DNA of 14,128 nucleotides from Pseudomonadota bacterium (GTDB lineage Bacteria > Bdellovibrionota_G > JALEGL01 > DATDPG01), in assembly GCA_043804515.1 (NCBI GenBank), contig JAZDIZ010000036.1, forward strand, positions 1 to 14,128, given 5' to 3'. The notes below the pieces were generated by a model. It was given only the letters and a program-made list of their open reading frames with translations. It made no database searches and was not told the DNA's origin. The position numbers and the translations under genes are program-made. Numbering within the stretch: the first letter of the stretch is position 1; each line of letters starts with the position of its first letter. Of the stretch, positions 7,354-14,128 are shown piece after piece.

Positions 7354-7471
7354 CGGGGACGGAGGTGGGAAAAAAGCGCCTCCCCTGTGGACCTAACCTT
7401 CCGAAATAATTCCCGTAACTCAAGCCTCGGCTCACCATTCGTCCGTATGCTCCGGCCAACCTCCGTCCCCG
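7354..7471. repeat. REPIN/MITE-like element bounded by perfect 13-bp inverted repeats
   Basis: CGGGGACGGAGGT (7354-7366) and ACCTCCGTCCCCG (7459-7471) flank a 92-bp spacer. The same core occurs at 2330 and 10361. Confidence 0.55.
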
Positions 7472-7673
7472 TTCCATCCCAAAAGCCCATCTTCCGTCTC
7501 GCTGCGTAGACGACAAGGCCGAGAATGCAATTTGAAAACCCCCGTTTAGGAACTCCCGCCCGCCTGAATCCAAAATGACATAAGTTCCCTTTTTGCAGAA
7601 TAATACGAAGATCTATTTTTGATATCTTTATAACTATCTTATTTTACAGCATTATTTTACGACATGGCGCGTA

Positions 7674-7702
7674 TTGAATATGCGTAACAAATGTACCATA
7701 AT
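7674..7702 (+). promoter_or_regulatory. Sigma-70-type promoter of CDS 7768-9075
   Basis: TTGAAT-17 bp-CATAAT within an AT-rich stretch (about 28% GC over 7591-7700). Confidence 0.55.
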
Positions 7703-7767
7703 GATGCAGATTTGAGTGGGGGCCGTGCGTTGTGACCCCCTTAACCCAAAAAGGAAGGATAGAGTTC

Positions 7768-9075
7768 ATGAGAAAAAGTAAGCCTCTGGTCGTGAGCGCC
7801 TTGGCCGCCGGGGTACTCGCGATGATCTTTTCATGTAGTAGCTCCAGTAACAGCTCGAGTCCCAGCTTGGACGGCATGAGCGATGTGCCAAGCCTGAACG
7901 CTTCGGACTACGACTACAGCCTGGGGGGTTTATTGAACGGCCAATCGAATCTGACGATGCGTTCTCTTGCAGGTCAGGTGGGAGGGTTCTCCCGCGCCGC
8001 GTGCGAAGGATACACGCTGAAGAAACAGCTGTTCACGGATGGGGCGCAGCTCGAGGCTTTCCTCTGCTACATCAGAACGTTGGAGCAGGCCGACCTGGGG
8101 ATGACGGTTTCCACGGATGGCTGGACCTATTACGAGATCAACTTCCCTGAGCACCCGGGACAAGACGGGCCGCCTTCGGTTGTTAGGGTAAGGGTCGGGA
8201 AATTCGCCGACCAGCTCAAGATGGACGCCTGCATCGAGTCCGGCGGGTCCTTTGAGCGCGAGGTGGAGTTCAGGATTTCGGCCTCGGACTCCGGTTACAC
8301 CGGCTACGTCGTGAACCGGTACGCCGGGACGAACGACCAGGACGAAGCGATGACCGGGACGTCGAGGATCGACGTTACGATCGCCGGGACCAGCGCGAGT
8401 GACTTCACGAGCGCGGAATTCAATGCGTATCACCAGGACCAGAGCGCAACCAACAGCTGGCAATCCCAGATGAGCTTCACGGCCGACGCCGCCACAGCGA
8501 CCAATACGTTGGCCGGCGCGCAAGCATACACGTCCACTGAGTGGAACGGCGGCTCGTCCGCGCTCAACGGTGAATGGGGCGAGGACCTGGTCGGAAGCGT
8601 GAAGTTTCAGACCACCGGTTCGTATCCCGCACCAACGCTCGAGAAGTGCATGTCATGGAACAGCCAGATGACGGAGGAACAGGCGAATCTGTGGTGTGTG
8701 GGCAAGTGTTACAATCAGAATGGTGAGGAGACGCCCGCCGTCGATGGGAATTGCGAGTTCCTGAATACGGGAACAGAGTCGTTCTCGATCGATAGCTCGA
8801 GTACACCTCCGGCCTTCGCGATCGTCGCGAACAGCAGCAGTGCCTATTACGACACGGTCAACGCGGCCACGCTGTTGGATCCTGCCGACCTGGACATCAC
8901 CAGCCAAACCGGGTTCGTCGAGGCCTGGGATTGCACGGCCGAAGGAAGCTTCACGTCGGTGGATGCAACCTCCCTCGCGGACATCGCAAGCTGTGAGCCG
9001 ACGCGTGACAACGAGGCCTGGAGGATGTGCGAGGAGCAGCAGCGGCTTGCCGATCAGGCTGATCAAAGCGGCTGA
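7768..9075 (+). CDS. Cys-rich acidic lipoprotein of unknown function
   Basis: RBS AAGGAAGG upstream of ATG 7768; signal MRKSKPLVVSALAAGVLAMIFSC followed by a Ser-rich tether; 10 further Cys; no domain recognised. Confidence 0.85.
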   Translation: MRKSKPLVVSALAAGVLAMIFSCSSSSNSSSPSLDGMSDVPSLNASDYDYSLGGLLNGQSNLTMRSLAGQVGGFSRAACEGYTLKKQLFTDGAQLEAFLCYIRTLEQADLGMTVSTDGWTYYEINFPEHPGQDGPPSVVRVRVGKFADQLKMDACIESGGSFEREVEFRISASDSGYTGYVVNRYAGTNDQDEAMTGTSRIDVTIAGTSASDFTSAEFNAYHQDQSATNSWQSQMSFTADAATATNTLAGAQAYTSTEWNGGSSALNGEWGEDLVGSVKFQTTGSYPAPTLEKCMSWNSQMTEEQANLWCVGKCYNQNGEETPAVDGNCEFLNTGTESFSIDSSSTPPAFAIVANSSSAYYDTVNAATLLDPADLDITSQTGFVEAWDCTAEGSFTSVDATSLADIASCEPTRDNEAWRMCEEQQRLADQADQSG

Positions 9076-9100
9076 GAACTAGACCATCCAGAAAGAGATG

Positions 9101-9131
9101 AGGGGGGCGCGTTTCGCGCCCCCCTTTTTTT
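9101..9131 (+). terminator. Rho-independent terminator
   Basis: Perfect 11-bp stem AGGGGGGCGCG-TTT-CGCGCCCCCCT followed by a T run, 25 nt after the stop at 9075, between convergent genes. Confidence 0.9.
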
Positions 9132-9141
9132 GTCCATCCGG

Positions 9142-10179
9142 TTAATAATTGGCGATCGAACCCACGAAGGCTTTATCCCCTTCATGCGCACATTGGATGG
9201 CCGAGACCCAAACCGTTGTCGTGCAATCGACCGGTATTTCTACGGACTCCGATGTCAGGGTTGTCGTGCGCGTATCCGATTGGCAATCGTAGTCAAGAAA
9301 CGAACCCGATCTTGAGATGTAGACCTTATAGCTGAGGTACCCGGGGGGTGAGGGGAAAGAGGGCGGAGGGGCCCAGGTAGCCGTAGCCGAAGACGGGTGT
9401 CCGTGAAATGGAATGTCAAACCCATCAGGAAACGGGATCCACGGCGCAGGTGGGGGTCCGTAATCGTTGGTGGCTTGGTTCGCGGCAACGTATGCGGAGC
9501 TGACGGAACCCGTGCTCACGGCTTTCACCCGGTAGAAGTACATCGTGCATGGGTTCAGTAAGCCCCTGTCCTCGTATGAGGTTGCGGTGGGCGTCCCGAT
9601 GACAACAAATGAGCCGGCGGCGCCCGAAAAGCTCCGCTCGACGCTGAAGTGGTCCACATTCGTGGAGGCTTCCGTCCAGGCCAGCTTCATGGAAAGCACA
9701 TACGCCGTCTCCGGCCCCCCCGCGGGTGTCAGTGTTAGGTTCGCCGGTGCATCCGGCGCATCGCGGGGGCCCAGCTGCGTGGTGGCATCGGCTTCGTTGG
9801 AGTAGTCGGAATTTCCGGCGCCGTTCACGGCACGCACACGGTAGAAGTATTGCGTCTTGGAGCTGAGGCCCGAATCCACATACGACACTTTCTCGGCCGT
9901 GACCGAAGTGATCTCCGCGTAATCGCCGGTGGTCTTCCGCTCGACTGAGATCGATTCGGCGTTGTCCGCGTTGTTGGTCCAGCTGATTCGAATCTGAGCG
10001 CTGTCTATAGTCTCGGCGGCCAGACCCGTCGGAGCGTCGGGAGCCACTTCCGGGTGGGGAGCCACTTCCGGGTCATGAAGCAGGCCGTTGTACTCCTGGC
10101 CGTCTGTCCCTGTGTTTTTTCCACAGCCCGCGGCGCCAAGTACGACCAGTCCGATCAGAAGTGCGGCCCTAATTCGCAT
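9142..10179 (-). CDS. Fibronectin type III repeat lipoprotein (two clear FN3 domains plus a degenerate third)
   Basis: RBS AGGAGA before ATG 10179; lipobox LGAAGC; FN3 motifs APTGLAA..QIRISWTNN..YFYRVRAVNGAGNSDYS and APANLTL..LAWTE..YFYRVKAVS; Pro-rich third domain with YKVYIS. Confidence 0.9.
   Translation of the reverse strand: MRIRAALLIGLVVLGAAGCGKNTGTDGQEYNGLLHDPEVAPHPEVAPDAPTGLAAETIDSAQIRISWTNNADNAESISVERKTTGDYAEITSVTAEKVSYVDSGLSSKTQYFYRVRAVNGAGNSDYSNEADATTQLGPRDAPDAPANLTLTPAGGPETAYVLSMKLAWTEASTNVDHFSVERSFSGAAGSFVVIGTPTATSYEDRGLLNPCTMYFYRVKAVSTGSVSSAYVAANQATNDYGPPPAPWIPFPDGFDIPFHGHPSSATATWAPPPSFPSPPGYLSYKVYISRSGSFLDYDCQSDTRTTTLTSESVEIPVDCTTTVWVSAIQCAHEGDKAFVGSIANY
10039..10073. repeat. 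18-bp-period tandem duplication inside the CDS (DPEVAP/HPEVAP)
   Basis: GGGAGCCACTTCCGGGT at 10039-10055 and 10057-10073. Confidence 0.85.
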
Positions 10180-10204
10180 TTGGGTCTCCTCATATCCATC
10201 TCTC

Positions 10205-10219
10205 ACAAGTTCTGTGCCA
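10205..10219 (-). promoter_or_regulatory. Sigma-54-like promoter of CDS 9142-10179
   Basis: Minus strand reads TGGCACAGAACTTGT, a perfect -24 element with a GC-to-GT variant at -12, placed just upstream of the RBS. Confidence 0.6.
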
Positions 10220-10355
10220 GAATCCGTTAAGAAAAACGCAATGATTGCGAGCGGTTGCTCGCGGACAAGAGCACGGTGTTGCTGAAGATTGGCGCAGGCG
10301 AGGCTACTTAATGCATGAATTCAGCTCGGCTTTTCGGCAGATCCGACTGGGGCAA

Positions 10356-10372
10356 GAAATGGGGACGGAGGT
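10356..10372. repeat. REP-like motif copy (GAAATGGGGACGGAGGT)
   Basis: Core GGGGACGGAGGT is identical to 7355-7366; intergenic. Confidence 0.55.
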
Positions 10373-10433
10373 GCGGATTCGCCGGACGCGTTTATTACCG
10401 AAAACCGTTAAACCTCCCGGGCCTCGGCCGGGA

Positions 10434-11060
10434 TTAAAAATGAGCGCCGACTGTCAACGTCGGCACGACGGGGAGCTGATCGAACGTTGTAAAGATCATG
10501 CTGACGTCGACAAAGGCCTTCTTCTTGGGCCCGAGAACGCGCGCGCCGATCGCTGGAAACCAGAGGCGGGCCTGATCGCGGTGGTTTCCGAGCAGCGGAG
10601 GATGGTAGACGTCCGCATGGATCCGGACGAAATCGCTGACCTGCGATTCAAGACCTCCGACCGCGATCAGGGTTCCGAGCCCACCTTTATCCGCAATTAC
10701 CCCCGCGTACATCGCCGCCACGTGAAGAGACAGCAGCCGCGGCCCGATAAGGAGCTCGGGTTGGGCGCTGAACAACAGACCTCCCGCGAGTCCCACAAAG
10801 ATGCCTAAATTCGCGGAGAACCCGCCTCGTACGATACCGGAGCCGAACCGTGCCGATAACGACGGTCCGATCGAGCCGCCGTACGGCGTGAAAAGAAGGC
10901 TCCCTCCCACATCCAGCTCCGTGTTCTTCGGGAGCTCGGTGCGGAGAGTTTCGGGGTCGCGCTTGAGGGGCAATCTGCCCGCCGCTTGAGCCGTTGATAG
11001 GCCCGAAAGGCCGCCGAGGACGACCAGGGTCAGGCACGCGAATTTGATGTTGTTTCTCAT
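10434..11060 (-). CDS. Exported protein, probable small outer-membrane beta-barrel
   Basis: RBS AAGGAGA; Sec signal ending AQA; Gly-rich amphipathic strands; C-terminal LTVGAHF with terminal Phe (BAM-type beta-signal). Confidence 0.75.
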   Translation of the reverse strand: MRNNIKFACLTLVVLGGLSGLSTAQAAGRLPLKRDPETLRTELPKNTELDVGGSLLFTPYGGSIGPSLSARFGSGIVRGGFSANLGIFVGLAGGLLFSAQPELLIGPRLLSLHVAAMYAGVIADKGGLGTLIAVGGLESQVSDFVRIHADVYHPPLLGNHRDQARLWFPAIGARVLGPKKKAFVDVSMIFTTFDQLPVVPTLTVGAHF

Positions 11061-11086
11061 TTGTGTCTCCTTGTTTTCCCTTCAGC

Positions 11087-11101
11087 GCACGACCCGTGCC
11101 A
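11087..11101 (-). promoter_or_regulatory. Sigma-54 -24/-12 promoter of CDS 10434-11060
   Basis: Minus strand reads TGGCACGGGTCGTGC, i.e. GG-N10-GC with a perfect TGGCACG, just upstream of the RBS. Confidence 0.7.
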
Positions 11102-11243
11102 TTCGAAACACGCGGCGCCCTGCGATTTAGGCGGGGCTGACGATGTCGGGGGACCGGACCTGACACGTCAGCTGACACTTGTGGGCCAGCCGCCATAGGC
11201 GCCAAACGTGACCTGGGCCTCGCGTGTTGATACGTTCGCGGCC

Positions 11244-11666
11244 GTGAAGAACGTTTTTCCCCACCGATTCGAACTCGCGGTTTATTTTGCGGATACGGAC
11301 GCGGGTGGCGTCGTCTACCACGCCCGCTATCTGGAGTTTTTCGAACGCGCCAGGTTCGAGCTCTTTCGCGCCCTGGATGCAGGCCCCCTCAATCCGAGCA
11401 CCGAGAACGGGGGCTACGTCGTGAGCGATGTGTCCGCGAAATTCAAGAAACCGGCCCGATTGGGGGAGCGGATCGCCGTGGAATCAACGCCGCTGGAGGT
11501 CAAGCGGGTCTCCTTCCGCCTAAGGCAGCGGGCGGTGTCGGCCTCGACAGGCGTCGTCTTCTGCGAAGCGGAGGTGAACGTCGTGAGAATCAACGGCGAC
11601 TGGAAACCCGCCGCGCTCAGCCCTGGGCTCCTGGCTGGTTTAAAAGCCGGCCTGCCCGCTTCCTGA
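11244..11666 (+). CDS. ybgC: YbgC/FadM-family (4HBT hotdog-fold) acyl-CoA thioesterase
   Basis: Signature VYFADTDAGGVVYHARYLEFFERAR and F.KPARLGE. Start placed at GTG 11244 (alternative 11208). Confidence 0.85.
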   Translation: MKNVFPHRFELAVYFADTDAGGVVYHARYLEFFERARFELFRALDAGPLNPSTENGGYVVSDVSAKFKKPARLGERIAVESTPLEVKRVSFRLRQRAVSASTGVVFCEAEVNVVRINGDWKPAALSPGLLAGLKAGLPAS

Positions 11667-11730
11667 GCGCGCCCAAGCTTGAGTTTAGCGCCTTGCGTCA
11701 GACGTGCCTTTGCGGTATAGCATCCGTTCG

Positions 11731-12558
11731 ATGCGACTCCCGGATCACCGCCTGGTTTGGTCGTTTTTTATTTTGGCGGCGTTGGCGTCCGGCCCCGCAT
11801 ATTCCCAATCGGAAAATGACTCCCCACCTCTGAAGTCTCGGACCGATCATTGGACGGCGTACGTCGGCGGGGAATGGGATTTCTTGAAGAACGAGGGCCC
11901 GCCTCTCAACGGCACCGATTGGCAGGAGGCGCACTGGGGCATCGGTTATTCCGAGCCGTCGTCTTTCTCGCTGGTTTTCAGCCACCGTGTCGTGGGGCGC
12001 ACACACCAGTGGGACAATATCTTCGGCTTGGATGCATACGCGAAGCTTCCCGGCCCTTTTTCGTTCCGCGGATTCGCGGGCGGCAGCCCCGATCATGATT
12101 TCGTCTACCGCTTACGCGGCGAGGGAGAACTGACGGTCAGCCTTCTCAAGGCGCTGCAGGTCGGCGCGGGCTATTGGTTCATCAAGTACGACACGACGGA
12201 CATCCACATCCTCACGCCGCTCCTGAGCCTGTTTGCCGGCAACTTCGAGTTCGATTTCCGATATCTCAACATCCTGGATACCGGGGCGGACGAACGCTTC
12301 AACGCGTACTCGTTCCGTGTGTCGGACACCTTCGACGACCGTTGGTTGCGGCCGTTCGCGGGCATCGTGTTCGGGGAGAGGATTTTCGGGATACTGACCG
12401 TGCAGCAGGCGCCGGTGCAGAAAGGGTATCTGGCGTTCGCCGGGAACACTTTCGGTTTGAGCCGCCGGCTGGATCTTTCTTTGTCCGTCTCATACGCACA
12501 CGAGGACCCGGCCTTCACATACTTGGGGATCGGGAGCGATCTGAAACTGCGTTTTTAG
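11731..12558 (+). CDS. YaiO-family outer-membrane beta-barrel protein
   Basis: Signal peptide ending AYS; aromatic amphipathic strands (DWQEAHWGIGY, GLDAYAKL, GGSPDHDF, VGAGYWFIKY, HILTPLLSLFAGNF); C-terminal LKLRF; context with HEAT and GT2 genes is typical of the family. Alternative start 11704. Confidence 0.75.
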   Translation: MRLPDHRLVWSFFILAALASGPAYSQSENDSPPLKSRTDHWTAYVGGEWDFLKNEGPPLNGTDWQEAHWGIGYSEPSSFSLVFSHRVVGRTHQWDNIFGLDAYAKLPGPFSFRGFAGGSPDHDFVYRLRGEGELTVSLLKALQVGAGYWFIKYDTTDIHILTPLLSLFAGNFEFDFRYLNILDTGADERFNAYSFRVSDTFDDRWLRPFAGIVFGERIFGILTVQQAPVQKGYLAFAGNTFGLSRRLDLSLSVSYAHEDPAFTYLGIGSDLKLRF

Positions 12559-12568
12559 GAGGATGTAC

Positions 12569-13789
12569 GTGACCGAATTTCATCCGGAACAATATTTCCC
12601 GATCGCGTTCTTCATCATCATGTCGCTCAACCTTTTAGGCGTAGCGGGCCTAGTGATCTCCAAGACGCTCCGGATTCGGGCCAAGAGCCTCCGGCAGGAA
12701 ACCATCCGCGACTTATTCAATGAGGTCGAGCGGGCGCAGCGCGCGGAGAAATACGATCTGACTCTTCTCCGGCGCCGGATCGCCCGGGTTCCCCTTGACG
12801 AGATCCGCCGGACCTTGGAGGCCCTGTCGAAAAAGAATCGCCCCGCGGTGGAACTCTTCGGAACCCTCCTGGAGGAATCGGGCCGCCTGATCAAGATCGC
12901 GGAGCTGGCTTCCCGCGGGCCGCGTTGGAAGAGAATCGACAGCCTCGTCATCCTCGGCCTTTTGAAGCACACTGCCGGGCTTCTTCTGCTCCGCCGCGCT
13001 CTTCGTTCGACGGATCAGGACGTCGTTCTCGCGGCCGTCTCGGCACTCGGTTTTTGGGACTCCCCCCAAACCGTGGAAACGCTCGTGAGCCTTTTGGGAA
13101 AGGACTGCCCGGTCAATTCGTCCCGCGTAGCCACCATGATCGAAAATACCACGGCCCACGTAGCCGGCGCCCTGTGCCGACGCGCCCAGTCGGCCGACCC
13201 GGTCGCCCAATATTGGTGCGCCAAGCTCCTTGGAAAATATAAAACCTCCGAAAGCCTGGAGATGGTGCATCAGCTCCTTGAGCATCCGAACACGAACGTG
13301 AGAGCAGCCGCCGTGGAGACGCTGGGACAAATCGGCACCCCGGCGGATGAGGCCTTCATTGTCCGGATGCTTGCCGATCGGGATTGGGTGGTACGGGTGA
13401 ACGCCATTCACGCGTGCGGCGAGGCGCGGATCAAGTCGGCGTTGCCTCACCTGGTCGGTCTTTTCAGGGACCGGCAGTGGTGGGTGCGAGCGGACGCGCG
13501 GGAGGCGATCGAGCGGATCGGACCCGAAGCGGCCGACCACCTTGTGGAGGCTTTGGAGGATACCGACAAATTCGCGCGTAACATGGCGGCGCAGGCCCTG
13601 GACGATATGGGATATGTCGACGCGGCCATTTGGGATCTCGCAAAACAGGGGGCGCCCAGAGAACAGGCGCTCCGGGTTCTGAGCGCCATCCGAAACGCGG
13701 ACGGCGCGCCGGCCTTGAGCGAAAAGCTGTACAAACTGGACCCCGAACTGTTCGGCTCGGTGCGCGAGCAACTCCGGCTTGCCGGGTAG
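12569..13789 (+). CDS. Membrane-anchored HEAT-repeat protein
   Basis: AGGAGG lies 6 nt before GTG 12569 (ATG 12563 abuts the RBS). One N-terminal TM segment; repeats L.DxD..VR..A..ALG (STDQDVVLAAVSALG, HPNTNVRAAAVETLGQIG, DRDWVVRVNA, DRQWWVRADA, DTDKFARNMAAQAL). Confidence 0.9.
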   Translation: MTEFHPEQYFPIAFFIIMSLNLLGVAGLVISKTLRIRAKSLRQETIRDLFNEVERAQRAEKYDLTLLRRRIARVPLDEIRRTLEALSKKNRPAVELFGTLLEESGRLIKIAELASRGPRWKRIDSLVILGLLKHTAGLLLLRRALRSTDQDVVLAAVSALGFWDSPQTVETLVSLLGKDCPVNSSRVATMIENTTAHVAGALCRRAQSADPVAQYWCAKLLGKYKTSESLEMVHQLLEHPNTNVRAAAVETLGQIGTPADEAFIVRMLADRDWVVRVNAIHACGEARIKSALPHLVGLFRDRQWWVRADAREAIERIGPEAADHLVEALEDTDKFARNMAAQALDDMGYVDAAIWDLAKQGAPREQALRVLSAIRNADGAPALSEKLYKLDPELFGSVREQLRLAG

Positions 13790-13801
13790 AAAGGACAGGA
13801 G

Positions 13802-14128
13802 ATGGATCGCTTCTTTCATCTGAGCTTCCTGATCTGCCTCGGATACTTCGTGTCCGTGAACGCATATTATTTCCTCATCCTTCTCTTCTCCTGGCTGGAG
13901 AATCGTTTCCGGATCCGCCAGGAATCGCGCGAGAACCTGGCACCCGTCCTCGAATCGGATTTCACGATCCCCGTGAGCGTCGTCATCCCGGCATACAACG
14001 AGCAGGACGTTCTGAACGACGCGATCCTCGCCGTCCTCAAGAACGGATACCCCAACTTCGAGCTGATCGTCGTGAACGACGGTTCGACCGACCGGACGAT
14101 GGAGTTCCTCAAGCGCGACTATCTACTC
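13802..14128 (+). CDS. Glycosyltransferase family 2 (processive PgaC/IcaA/cellulose-synthase-like), 3'-truncated; not in the ORF track
   Basis: Manual translation: MDRFFHLSFLICLGYFVSVNAYYFLILLFSW...PVSVVIPAYNEQDVL..AILAVLKNGYPNFELIVVNDGSTDRTMEFL. N-terminal TM segment plus GT2 motifs; purine-rich RBS region upstream; runs off the window end. Confidence 0.92.
   Translation, partial: MDRFFHLSFLICLGYFVSVNAYYFLILLFSWLENRFRIRQESRENLAPVLESDFTIPVSVVIPAYNEQDVLNDAILAVLKNGYPNFELIVVNDGSTDRTMEFLKRDYLL

Noticed and set aside
7275..7573. Small ORFs in the divergent intergenic region
   Set aside because: No RBS or recognisable protein features; they overlap regulatory boxes and the inverted repeat.
7665..7679. 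TGGCGCG as a sigma-54 -24 element for the plus-strand lipoprotein
   Set aside because: No GC at the required 10-nt spacing; a sigma-70-type promoter fits better.
8644..8712. Heme-binding or Fe-S motif in the Cys-rich lipoprotein
   Set aside because: CVGKC lacks the CxxCH pattern; an exported location favours disulfides.
2330..10372. CRISPR array interpretation of the recurring motif
   Set aside because: Copies are short, kilobases apart and in both orientations, with no regular spacers or cas genes.
11061..11207. Riboswitch or ncRNA upstream of the barrel gene
   Set aside because: No recognisable aptamer, and the sigma-54 site predicts a very short leader, leaving the palindromes upstream of the transcript.
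12713..13819. 368-aa minus-strand ORF, and similar ORFs 753-1655, 6109-7068 and 10245-10808
   Set aside because: Shadow or alternative-frame ORFs overlapping well-supported genes in GC-rich DNA.

Overview
GC-rich bacterial window. The Cys-containing C-terminal sorting tails, lipoproteins and sigma-54 promoters suggest a Deltaproteobacteria-like lineage (Myxococcota/Bdellovibrionota-type); this is inference only. Bases 1-11060 form a cell-surface protein cluster: three paralogous parallel beta-helix proteins (with FN3 or PKD domains and Pro/Thr linkers) that all end in a shared S-(x)-LAS...VS-(D/G)G-(A)-CG-x-VD...W-TM-RRR tail (MYXO-CTERM-like), two of them also carrying an N-terminal lipobox, plus a Cys-rich lipoprotein of unknown function, an FN3 lipoprotein and a probable outer-membrane beta-barrel. 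All four minus-strand genes have a sigma-54 (-24/-12) promoter. Two of these promoters share an architecture of IHF site plus CGCAA-N3-TTGCG-like upstream boxes at matching spacing. Bases 11244-14128 hold a YbgC-type thioesterase and a YaiO-family barrel / HEAT-repeat / GT2 glycosyltransferase operon, truncated at the window end. Other observations: a 90-bp near-identical sorting-tail cassette in two otherwise divergent genes, an apparently interleaved pair of FN3 domains, and a dispersed REP-like GGGGACGGAGG motif.
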